Assembly: GCA_951406725.2 (NCBI GenBank)
Contig: OX597823.1
Coordinates: 5,890,001-5,954,000 of the forward strand
Source: Octopus vulgaris
Taxonomy: Eukaryota
Direction of reading: 5' to 3'
DNA: 64,000 nucleotides
Positions 1-12,200 of the stretch are shown piece after piece. Both the position numbers and the translations under genes were made by a program. Every line of letters starts with the position of its first letter. The first letter of the stretch is position 1. The notes under the pieces are model-generated. The model saw nothing but the letters and a program-made list of their open reading frames with translations, did not search any database and was not told where the DNA came from.

Positions 1-145
1 CGTTAGGAAGGGCATCCAGCCGTAGAAACACTGCCAGATTTGACTGGGCCTGATGCGGCCTTCCGGCTTCACAGACCCCAGTTGAACCGTCCAACCCATG
101 CTAGCATGGAAAGCGGACGCTAAATGATGATGATGATGATGATGA

Positions 146-150
<5 letters not shown>
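1..150 (+). mobile_element. 3' end of abundant retroposon (AGGAAGGGCATCCAGCC...CCCATGCTAGCATGGAA + (GAT)n tail)
   Basis: The same motifs recur at about 6520, 11080, 11750 (-), 18400, 25350, 42635, 50450, 60400 (-) and 62120. Confidence 0.75.
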
Positions 151-200
<50 letters not shown>

Positions 201-202
201 TA

Positions 203-372
203 CGACGAGCTTCTTTCAGTTTCCGTCTACCAAATCCACTCACAAGGCTTTAGTTGGCCCGAGGCTATAGTAGAGGACACAGGACACTTGCCCAAGGTGC
301 CATGCAGTGGGACTGAACCCAGAACCATGTGGTTCATAAGCAAGCTACTTACCACACAGCCACTCCTATGCC
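203..372 (-). mobile_element. tRNA-derived SINE head (GGAGTGGCTGTGTGGTAAG...GGTTCAGTCCCACTG family)
   Basis: Reverse complement of the copy at 13988; pol III A/B-box-like motifs. Confidence 0.75.
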
Positions 373-653
373 TACACAGTCACTCCTACATGATTGGAAA
401 TAGGTGAGGTTTGACAACAGGAAGGGCATTCAGCCATAGAAAATCTGTGTCTACAAATTCCATTCATACAAGCATGGAAAAGTGAATGTTAAAACAATGT
501 TGAGAAAGTTAGTACTAACCCCCAAACTTTATCCTTTTGACAAGTGTTTAGTTGTAAAGCCCTCAATCTGGTCACTATTTAAACAGTTTTTAAAAATTCT
601 ATTCAGAAGTGAAACTATCTTTCAAAATTTCTCATTTCTCCTTCCTTTTCTAG

Positions 654-757
654 ATTCTTCTAATGATGCAGCAAGCTTCCATGCTTCACTCTGGGAGGAG
701 GAACGATTGCGACGGCAACAGATTCACTTTGCTGTTGGAGATGACAAAGATGAGGAT
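654..757 (+). CDS. Erbin-like exon (LAP-specific region) [35 protein letters not shown]
   Basis: Acceptor ccttttctag|, donor |gtaagt; phase 1->0. Confidence 0.9.
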
Positions 758-3700
758 GTAAGTGTTTTTACTCATGATGTTGATATTTGAGGTTTGATTT
801 CTGACATTAGAATGCTTTTACTGGTGACACAACTCACCTCACTGCTTTGCCCTGTTAACCACCAACTAATTCTAGGATATTATTTAACAAAATCTACTTT
901 GTTTTAAATATTTAGATCCTGTCTCCAGTCTCTGAGGGTTATTTAATATCTCAATAGGCTGCCCCCGCCCCCACTGGAGCAACCATGAATCATTATTGTT
1001 TTCTTCTTCCTTAATCTCTTGCCAGTCTTGTAGATTCTGCAAATGGCCATATGTGTGTGAGTGTAGATATATAGCTATACTTGATGCATATATGTGTATA
1101 TATAATAGGTATGTGTTTGTATATGTACATACGTATGTGTTTTTTATGTATCTATCCATCCACCCATCTGTCATTATCATTACCCTTGTCCTTTTAACAT
1201 CAATTTTCTATGATATGGAATTTGTGCAGGTAGATTTACTACAGCCAGATGCCCTTTCTATGGGCAACTGTCACCTGTTTCCAAGCAAGGTATATTTCCC
1301 TGTGGCTGGAGATATTTTCACAGAAGATTAGAAACAAAAGAGATTGTCAGTATGATAGTGATACGCATTTACATCTGTGACATGATGACAAGACTAACAT
1401 TACTCATACACACACACACACACACACTCACAGATAATGGTTAATATCAGGAAGGGCACCCAACAGTAAAACAATGCTTTTCTCCATCTTCCTGCTCTCG
1501 CTACATTGTGAAAGAAGCAGGAAAGGAAACAGAGTGTTCTTGTCCCTAGGAAGACCTTACAGACTTAAGACCCTAGAAATATTTTCTAATTTCACTTGTT
1601 GGTCACCACTAAAGATTTCGTATTTCTAAGAGAATATACTGGAATGGTAGTTTTGCCTTGTCTTCTTGAGACTTACTGGAAGCGTTTAGCAGATCCGTAA
1701 ACTTTAACGATGTACCTCACTAATTCAGTTGCTGTAGTCATTGAGAATGGGTGCTTGTGGTAGTGAAATGTTTGTTGTTTATTCCAAAAGAATAAAACCA
1801 TGAATGGATGTGGTGTTGTGTTTCAGGGCAAACTCAGTCGCTGTCCAACACCTTATCCTAAAGAAATGAAGGAGAAGAAAAGACATGTCCAGAATATGAT
1901 GACTCACCAACAAATGGCCGCCAATGGACATGAAAACAGAGGCTTTGAACAAGAGGTATGTTCTTGCAGACCCTATTTTTACAGGATTCCATAGATAAAC
2001 TTGCTCAAAGGTTTTGGGTGAACAAATTTGTTACATCTTGTTTTCCAGTTATGGAGGTTTTCTGTTAAAGTGTAAAGTGACCAAAAAATTTGGGTGCAAA
2101 TATTTTGCTTGTTTATAGTAAAACTGACCATGGTAATGAAGGATTTAGCAAGCATAGCAAAACTGACCATCAAAAGTTGTTAGGATGGCTTTACATATTC
2201 AGTAAAACTGACCATCAAAAGTTGTTAGGGTGGCTTTACATATTCAGTAAAACTGACCATCAAAAGTTGTTAGGATGGCTTTACATATTCAGTAAAACTG
2301 ACCATCAATAGTTGTGAGGATGGCTTTACATATTCAGTAAAACTGACCATCAAAAGTTGTTAGGATGGCTTTACATATTCAGTAAAACTGACCATCAAAA
2401 GTTGTTAGGATGGCTTTACATATTCAGTAAAACTGACCATCAAAAGTTGTGAGGATGGCTTTACATATTCAGTAAAACTGACCATCAAAAGTTGTTAGGA
2501 TGGCTTTACATATTCAGTAAAACTGACCATCAAAAGTTGTGAGGATGGCTTTACATATTCAGTAAAACTGACCATCAAAAGTTGTTAGGATGGCTTTACA
2601 TATTCAGTAAAACTGACCATCAATAGTTGTGAGGATGGCTTTACATATTCAGTAAAACTGACCATCAAAAGTTGTGAGGATGGCTTTACATATTCAGTAA
2701 AACTGACCATCAATAGTTGTGAGGATGGCTTTACATATTCAGTAAAACTGACCATCAAAAGTTGTTAGGATGGCTTTACATATTCAGTAAAACTGACCAT
2801 CAAAAGTTGTTAGGATGGCTTTACATATTCAGTAAAACTGACCATCAAAAGTTGTGAGGATGGCTTTACATATTCAGTAAAACTGACCATCAATAGTTGT
2901 GAGGATGGCTTTACATATTCAGTAAAACTGACCATCAAAAGTTGTTAGGATGGCTTTACATATTCAGTAAAACTGACCATCAATAGTTGTGAGGATGGCT
3001 TTACATATTCAGTAAAACTGACCATCAAAAGTTGTGAGGATGGCTTTACATATTCAGTAAAACTGACCATCAAAAGTTGTGAGGATGGCTTTACATATTC
3101 AGTAAAACTGACCATCAAAAGTTGTTAGGATGGCTTTACATATTCAGTAAAACTGACCATCAATAGTTGTGAGGATGGCTTTACATATTCAGTAAAACTG
3201 ACCATCAAAAGTTGTTAGGATGGCTTTACATATTCAGTAAAACTGACCATCAAAAGTTGTGAGGATGGCTTTACATATTCAGTAAAACTGACCATCAAAA
3301 GTTGTGAGGATGGCTTTACATATTCAGTAAAACTGACCATCAAAAGTTGTTAGGATGGCTTTACATATTCAGTAAAACTGACCATCAAAAGTTGTGAGGA
3401 TGGCTTTACATATTCAGTAAAACTGACCATCAAAAGTTGTTAGGATGGCTTTACATATTCAGTAAAACTGACCATCAAAAGTTGTTAGGATGGCTTTACA
3501 TATTCAGTAAAACTGACCATCAATAGTTGTGAGGATGGCTTTACATATTCAGTAAAACTGACCATCAAAAGTTGTTAGGATGGCTTTACATATTCAGTAA
3601 AACTGACCATCAAAAGTTGTGAGGATGGCTTTACATATTCAGTAAAACTGACCATCAAAAGTTGTGAGGATGGCTTTACATATTCAGTAAAACTGACCAT

Positions 3701-5886
3701 CAAAAGTTGTTAGGATGGCTTTACATATTCAGTAAAACTGACCATCAAAAGTTGTGAGGATGGCTTTACATATTCAGTAAAACTGACCATCAAAAGTTGT
3801 TAGGATGGCTTTACATATTCAGTAAAACTGACCATCAAAAGTTGTGAGGATGGCTTTACATATTCAGTAAAACTGACCATCAAAAGTTGTGAGGATGGCT
3901 TTACATATTCAGTAAAACTGACCATCAAAAGTTGTTAGGATGGCTTTACATATTCAGTAAAACTGACCATCAATAGTTGTGAGGATGGCTTTACATATTC
4001 AGTAAAACTGACCATCAAAAGTTGTTAGGATGGCTTTACATATTCAGTAAAACTGACCATCAAAAGTTGTGAGGATGGCTTTACATATTCAGTAAAACTG
4101 ACCATCAAAAGTTGTTAGGATGGCTTTACATATTCAGTAAAACTGACCATCAAAAGTTGTGAGGATGGCTTTACATATTCAGTAAAACTGACCATCAAAA
4201 GTTGTTAGGATGGCTTTACATATTCAGTAAAACTGACCATCAAAAGTTGTGAGGATGGCTTTACATATTCAGTAAAACTGACCATCAAAAGTTGTGAGGA
4301 TGGCTTTACATATTCAGTAAAACTGACCATCAAAAGTTGTTAGGATGGCTTTACATATTCAGTAAAACTGACCATCAAAAGTTGTGAGGATGGCTTTACA
4401 TATTCAGTAAAACTGACCATCAAAAGTTGTTAGGATGGCTTTACATATTCAGTAAAACTGACCATCAAAAGTTGTGAGGATGGCTTTACATATTCAGTAA
4501 AACTGACCATCAAAAGTTGTTAGGATGGCTTTACATATTCAGTAAAACTGACCATCAAAAGTTGTGAGGATGGCTTTACATATTCAGTAAAACTGACCAT
4601 CAAAAGTTGTTAGGATGGCTTTACATATTCAGTAAAACTGACCATCAAAAGTTGTTAGGATGGCTTTACATATTCAGTAAAACTGACCATCAAAAGTTGT
4701 GAGGATGGCTTTACATATTCAGTAAAACTGACCATCAAAAGTTGTTAGGATGGCTTTACATATTCAGTAAAACTGACCATCAAAAGTTGTTAGGATGGCT
4801 TTACATATTCAGTAAAACTGACCATCAAAAGTTGTTAGGATGGCTTTACATATTCAGTAAAACTGACCATCAAAAGTTGTGAGGATGGCTTTACATATTC
4901 AGTAAAACTGACCATCAAAAGTTGTTAGGATGGCTTTACATATTCAGTAAAACTGACCATCAAAAGTTGTTAGGATGGCTTTACATATTCAGTAAAACTG
5001 ACCATCAAAAGTTGTGAGGATGGCTTTACATATTCAGTAAAACTGACCATCAAAAGTTGTGATGGCAGATTTAGCTACAGCAATGAATGACGATTTGACT
5101 TGAATTCTTTACTTCTTTTGGTAAGAAAGGCTGATGGAGATCTCATTCCTCTTTGGAAACTTCCAGCCAGGTGGAGATATTTCATGTTGTTACATCACAT
5201 GTTTTGGTCAAGTGTAACACCTAGGGCTTTTTATGTTTTATTTAATTTTGGTAATTGTGTTTAACCTTTTAGCATTTAAAGTGACCATGTCCAGCTCAAA
5301 CATTCTGCCTGTTTTATGTCCAAACGGGTCAGATCTGGTCTCTCATACCTACCTTACAATGTTATTCTAATTATATACAATCACATCATTGAAATCTCAA
5401 AGCTTTGAGATTATGCATGGTTAATTCAAAACAATGGGATTAAATATGCATTACATTAGACAGAGTAATCTGAGTGCTAAAGGGTTAATCTTTGTCCAGT
5501 CTCTTGTCCTCGACTATACAGGTTTGTGAGGAACCATGCATGAGAAGAGTTTTTCAGCAACACTGTGCTGTTCCTTTTTAGATTCTTCAATGCAAACAAC
5601 AGACATTCAACAGGGGGGTGAGGAGGGGGGGGGGGGGCTGTGAGCATTTTACTAACGTTTTTTGTTTGTTTGTTTGTTTGTCTTTTCAAATGTTTAGTTT
5701 TTATTGTCTGACTTTTATTTGTTTATTCGAAAAAAGGATAAAAAGCTAAACAGAAACAATCATTTGAGAAGTGATCAAAAGTCTTTGAAACCTTTGGATG
5801 AAAAAAAGGCAGGTTCTGTGTCTGAACTACGTTCTGGTTCTGTTGAGAACGTTTCTGCTGGTAAAAGACATTTTCTTACTTCTAAT

Positions 5887-5919
<33 letters not shown>

Positions 5920-8900
5920 ATGTGTGCGTGTTAACTGTTATTATACAGTTTACTGTTATGGTCCAGTTAACTTTTATATAGTGTTACGATATAATTTTCT
6001 CTTTTTGATTAAGCTTATGATGAAATGGTAAAGGTGTGAGGACGGTGGACAAAATGCCTTGTGGTAATTATTGTGGGTCTTTATGATCTGAATTCAAATT
6101 CCGCTGAGGCCAATTTTGCACTGAGGAGTTGATAAATAAAATACCAGTCCAAATCTTTGTATCCTGAGTTGTGTAGTAGACTTCATCCATCATTCAGATA
6201 AACACTAATACCTGGTCAATGGATGCCTCTCGTGGAGTTCACTCTGTTGCGAGTATTTGGGAAAGGTTTCTGGTTTGTGGACAAGTTCTCCCTACTTCTC
6301 TACCATTTTTAGTGGCTTTGTTAACATTAAGGGTTGCTGGTGCTGTCCTCCCTTCTTTGACTAAATGACCCAGTGTAGTACTATGATTAGAAATAAATGC
6401 TGGGGTTGATATGATCCAAGCAGTACCTCAGCAGGGCCGAAGTCCAATGACTGGAACTAGTGAAAGAATTTCAGTATATATTACCATGTAAAAATCTTTT
6501 ACTCTCTGTAAAGTGGTTGGCATTAGGAAGGGCATCCTAATGTAGAAGCCCAGCCAAAGCAGACAATGGAGCCTGGTGTGGCCCCTGGCCTTGCCAGCTT
6601 CTGCAGGAGGAGCAATGGCCCAGTGGTTAGGGCAGCGGACTTGCGGTCGGAGGATCACGGTTTCGATTCCCAGACCGGGCGTTGTGTGTTTATTGAGCAA
6701 AAACACCTAAAGTTCCACGAGGCTCCAGCAGGAGGTGGTGGTGATCCCTGTTGTACTCTTCCGCCCAAATTTTCTCTCACTCTTTCTTCCTGTTTCTTGT
6801 CCCCAACTTCCTACGCAACCGCTGAACCTGGATGCGCATTCACCCATTGTCGATGCTCTTGGTGTCGGGGGTTGACCTGCTTTCTCTTCTGCGGGTCTTA
6901 CAAATAGCAAAGGACCACGTTTCGGACTTCTCCCACTGCGGACAAGACCATTCGCTCAACAGCAACAGCAACAGTAGCAACCAGCTTCTGCAAAATCATT
7001 CAATCCATGCCAGCATGGAAAATAGACATTAGATGATGATTATGATGATGATGATTGTATTTACTCTTTGTATTTAAACTTGCTTTAAATGAAGACCACA
7101 TCGATAGTGGTTGTTGTAATGTAGATTGTGACTAACTTTCAACATGGCTTTCTGTTTTCAGACTCCTCTCGGCCATCACGATGCCACTCTCATTATCATT
7201 CAGACTCCAACTATAACCAAAACGATGCAGGAGTGAAAGCAACTCATTCTTATTCCAGCATTCACATCGCATCTGACCAAAGTTTGGAACAGATTTATTC
7301 TCATCGCTCAAAAGAACTCGGATCACCTGCACGCTCTCATTACAAAGATCCCTCTTTGAAAGACCAAAATAGCCCTTCTGCTATTGTCCCTTGTCAAAGC
7401 AGTCCCAGTCGTGTAAAGGGCTCACATAACCCCTTATATCCACATCAGCGTTATTTGGCATATTCACCACAGGGGAGCAAGCCATGTCATAAATCTCGAG
7501 GTTATGATTCGGACACTGGTTACCGTAGCGATCAGGAACATCTTCGTTATAAATACCTTCAAAGTTTGACCATCTCTCCTCAACATTCTAACAAAACAGA
7601 CAGAAGTTCCGACATATTGACACCATTGAGTCCTTATAAACATTGGCCTAAACCATCCAGAAGAGATGGTTATGGCAGTGATGTTGAGAGTTACAGAGGT
7701 ATGAGTCAAACGTCTGTAGGTTATTCCCCACTCAAAGACCAACATTCCTCGCAGAGTGTGCCGTTTGGACTTCATTCCAAGCCTTCATCAGGAGAATCAC
7801 ATTATCAGGCTGTAGGAGAACATCCTCTTTTAGGAGATGAATTTTACAATTACAAAAAAGAACCATCAAGGATTGGTTTAAAACACAGGAACTATTCCCC
7901 TTTAACTGTTTCAGCTAGTTTTAATGAAAAAATGCTTGACCAGAGCACACCGAATTTTTCTAATCCACCACACAGTTTCTCTCAGCTTTTGGACCAACAG
8001 CAAATAGAGGATGCCAAGTTAAAGAGTTCCAAACAGTCACTCTCTAAACAGGAAGAAGTAAGGTGGAAATCTTCCAAGCAATCTCTTTCTCAACAGGAGG
8101 AAAATAAGTGGAAAACTTCCAAACATTCTCTTTCACAACAGGAGGAAATCTATGCAGTTTTAGAAAATAAGACATTGTCAATCGCACACGTAAGTATTTA
8201 ACCCTTTTATTTCACTTGATTCTGCCTTTGTTTCACTTGATTTTGAGAATAATGAAGAATTCATAAAAATGACTTTGTCGTTATTGAGCTTGTGTTTGGA
8301 AAATAAATCAACATGAAATTTTGACAGAAAATTTTAATTCAAATCTCTTTAAAAAATGAAGTTTGTTTAATAAAATCAGGGGTGGTCTCAGGAAGATTGG
8401 TATCAAAATGGTTAAGGTAAAAACATTATTGACTTCATATGAAATCACTGAAAGTTGAATCAGGGTCCAATAAGGAACACAAAGGAGATCACAATGTGGG
8501 TAGTGTGGATTTGAACAGAAGAATAGACTTCAAGAACCCTAGATACTAAATGTAAATAAATGAAACATGACATTACATTTGCAAGGTTTCTCAAAGATTT
8601 CTAATTATATATATATATATATAATTAGACTATATGTTAACCTCTAGTCTGTTGAAAGAAAATTGATAAACCCACATATAACAGCCAAAGGTACATCTTT
8701 TTTCTTCTAATGAAATTATACTCATGTCACATAAATGTAAATTTAATGTACAAATTTGTAATTAAATGATTGAGTATTAATTGAAATATCTGTAAGAAGT
8801 GAAGATGAAATAATTATTAACTTCCTAATCTCCATTTTCTTTCTTCTTATATATATATATAGATCGCCATGTTGATTCGTTAGCTACTGCACGCATTTTT

Positions 8901-9262
8901 TTTCTCTCCTTCTTTCTGTGTTTTTTTTCTCTCTGTGTATCTTTCTGTTGAAGAGCGTAGGCTCGAAACGTTAAAGACTTGTTTTATTTATATTTCCTGA
9001 GCGCCATACTAATACAATTGTTCGTTTGTTTTCCACCTGCCTTCGTCTTTTGTCTATTTTCATAAAGCTTCCCGTTATATATATATATATATACACAAAC
9101 ACACACATCTATCTGTCTATCTATCTTTCCCCCCACACATACCCACCCAAAGACACATGTACACACATCAATCATGATTTGCATAACTGTAATGCCATAA
9201 TTTCTATGTAAGATAATCTACATACAAAATTAGGATGTGTGTATACAGTGGCAAAATGTTTC

Positions 9263-9293
<31 letters not shown>

Positions 9294-12200
9294 TCGTATA
9301 CATATGTGGTATTCCTTTATTTATTGCAGAAGCAGGAAAGCAGTGTACGGAGTAACAGCAATGTTTCAGAGAAGACCCGGCCTAGTGCTCCCCCTTCTTA
9401 CCACCAGCACAGCCCCCTCTACAGTTCAACTGCTGCTCTTCATTGGCAGCAGCAGCAGCTGCAGCAGCAACAACAACAACAACAGCATTACCAGTATCAT
9501 CATCATCCTCATCAGAAACAGCCATCACAAACCCCTCTACAGAAACTTCAGAACGAACCCTCTCCGTTGACCTCCCCGTCTCATTCATCTAACAATTTCT
9601 CATCAGAAAACCCTTATGGTTACATATCTCACAGTTCACCTTCGAACAAATCAATGCAACATTCCTCCCCCATTTATGATTACACTAATTACACACCTGG
9701 TTCCCCCAGCTACCGTAGCGGTTCCAACAGTCCCTCAGCCTACGGTCAAAAACAGTTCTACCGGCCGGGCAAAGCGAACAGCTGCCGAACGCCCGACATG
9801 GCCAAGGGGAACAACTCCGATTGTTTCCCATCTGGACTGGACTCGCCTCGCGGTTCAACGTCTTCCCGAAGTGACGGAGGAGGGAGTGTCAGTGCGGGTA
9901 GCGGATCAAGGAACCTGCGCTACGAACCCCACCGTCTTTCCCCGTTGTATACCAACCCAGCTTCACACCTACAACCATCGATTTCACACTACGAGGACGT
10001 GGCCATTTTCAAAAGCGTGGAACCCTCAACTAGTTCTACAGATAGCGGTTACGGTCACGTTTATGAGAAAGTAGAGACACACATCCAGCGTCAAGGTAAG
10101 TTTATTTAGCTCCTCTTCTTCTTGTTGTTGTTGTTCACTGTTGCTGCTGAACATAGCAGTCTTATTGGATGCCTTCCTTATTGGCTTTCGTATTGCAAAC
10201 ACAACTAGAATGTTACTCGCTATATGAGGGGTAACTTTGGAAGTATACTTTTGCCCTTATGTTTAATATCAAGAATGATGGCATACATACATATATATAA
10301 TAATTATAATTTAATTTTTATCAAATGTCTTGGTGCTTACACAAAATAATGAAATGTATATTAATTTTCCAAAGAAAAATATTCATTAACTTAGAATGAA
10401 ATAAATGAATGGTCAAAAAAATAAAAAGAAATTGAACAAAATTATATTACATATTGGTTTCAAATGTTGGCACAAGGCCAGCAATTTCGAGGAAGGGGAT
10501 AGTATTCAACTGGTACCTATTTTATCGACCCTGAAGGGATGAAAGGTAAAGTTGGCCCTGGCAGCATTTGCACTCAGAACGTAGTCAGAAGAAATGCTGC
10601 TAAGCAATGTTTCCCAGCACAGTAATGATTCTGCCAGTTCACTGCCTTAAATTCTACATATATCGATTATATATTGCGGATGGTGACAAACATACTCCCT
10701 CCTCCTCCTCTCTCTCTCTCTCTCTCTCTCATATGATAGATCGTTAGCTCCCTACACGCATTTTTTTTCTCTCCTTGATATTTTCTGTGTATCTTTCTGT
10801 CGAAGACCGTAGACTCGAAACGTAAAAGACTTGTTCTATTTCTATTCCTGAGTGCCATACTAATACATTTGTTTGTTTGTATTCCACCTGCCTTCGACTT
10901 TTGTTTATTTTTGTAAACCTTCCCGTTATATATATATATATATATATATATAGATAGATATAAATATGTATAGCTGTTAGGAGGCAGAAGCACTTACACA
11001 CACCATGTACACACATGACAATAACTTCCGCCTACCAAATTCAATCACAAGGCTTTGGTCTGCAGAGTGGTTGGTCTTAGGAAGGGCGTTCAGCTGTAAA
11101 AACCCTCCCAAAACAGACACAGTAGCCTAGAGTGGTTTTCTACCTGTCCTGCTCCTGTCTACCATCCTACCAATGCATGCATGAAAGACAGACGTTAAAC
11201 GATGCTGATGGTATCATCAGCATTTAACATCTGTTTACCATGCTGGCATGGGTTGACAGTCTGTGAGCAGCTGGTAGACCAGAGGGCTACACCAGGTCTC
11301 AGTCATCTGTTTTGCCATACTTTCCACGGCTGGATGCCCTTCCTAATGCCAGCCACTTTACAGAGTGGACTGGGGTCTTTTGACCTGGCACTAGCATAGT
11401 TGCTCTTTATTTGGCACAGGCATGGGTGTTCTTTATGTGGTGTCAACACAGTGTTTTATACCTGGTACCAGCATTGGTGCTTTTTACTCCCAGCTCCCAA
11501 CAGCATACTCCCTCTCCTCTTTTCTGTCTCTATTCTTTCTCTGTCACAGAGTTTGTTTATAGCATTTCTTTTCTCATTGACTGCCACCAAACCTAGTATG
11601 TGCTCTCATCATGCATCTCTTATGTTAATACGTTCTGTATTTCTCTTTTACTCCTACCACTCTCTCTCTGTACCATATAAAGCATAATTAAGATATCAAC
11701 TAAATTACTCCCATTCATATCAGCTATTATCATCATCATCATCATCGTTTAACGTCTGTTTTCCATGCTAGCATGGGTTGGACGGTTCAACTGGGGTCTG
11801 GGAAGCCAGAAGGCTGCGCCAGGCCCAGTCTGATCTGGCAGTGTTTCTACAGCTGGATGCCCTTCCTAACGCCAACCACTCTGTGAGTGTAGTGTGTGCT
11901 TTTTACGTGCCACCTGCACAGGTGCCAGACGAGGCTGGCAAACGGCCACGATCGGATGGTGCTTTTTACGTGCTACCGGCACGGAGCCAGACGAGGCTGG
12001 CAATGGCCACAATCGGATGGTACATTTTATGTGCCACCGGCATGGAGGCCAGTCGGGGCGGCGCTGGCAACGGCCATGTTTGGATGGTTCTCTTACGTGC
12101 CATTGGCCAATGGTATCACAGCTACATTTTCCATTGATGTTGATCGATTTCGATTTTCATTTTCACTTGCCTCAACAGGTCTTCACAAGTAGAGTTTGTG

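Noticed and set aside
2156-5062. CRISPR-like array or 15-aa repeat protein
   Set aside because: No unique spacers, eukaryotic intron context, and unit variants introduce TAG/TGA stops
10041-10058. DSGYGH as a beta-TrCP phosphodegron
   Set aside because: Lacks the second Ser/Thr of DSGxxS
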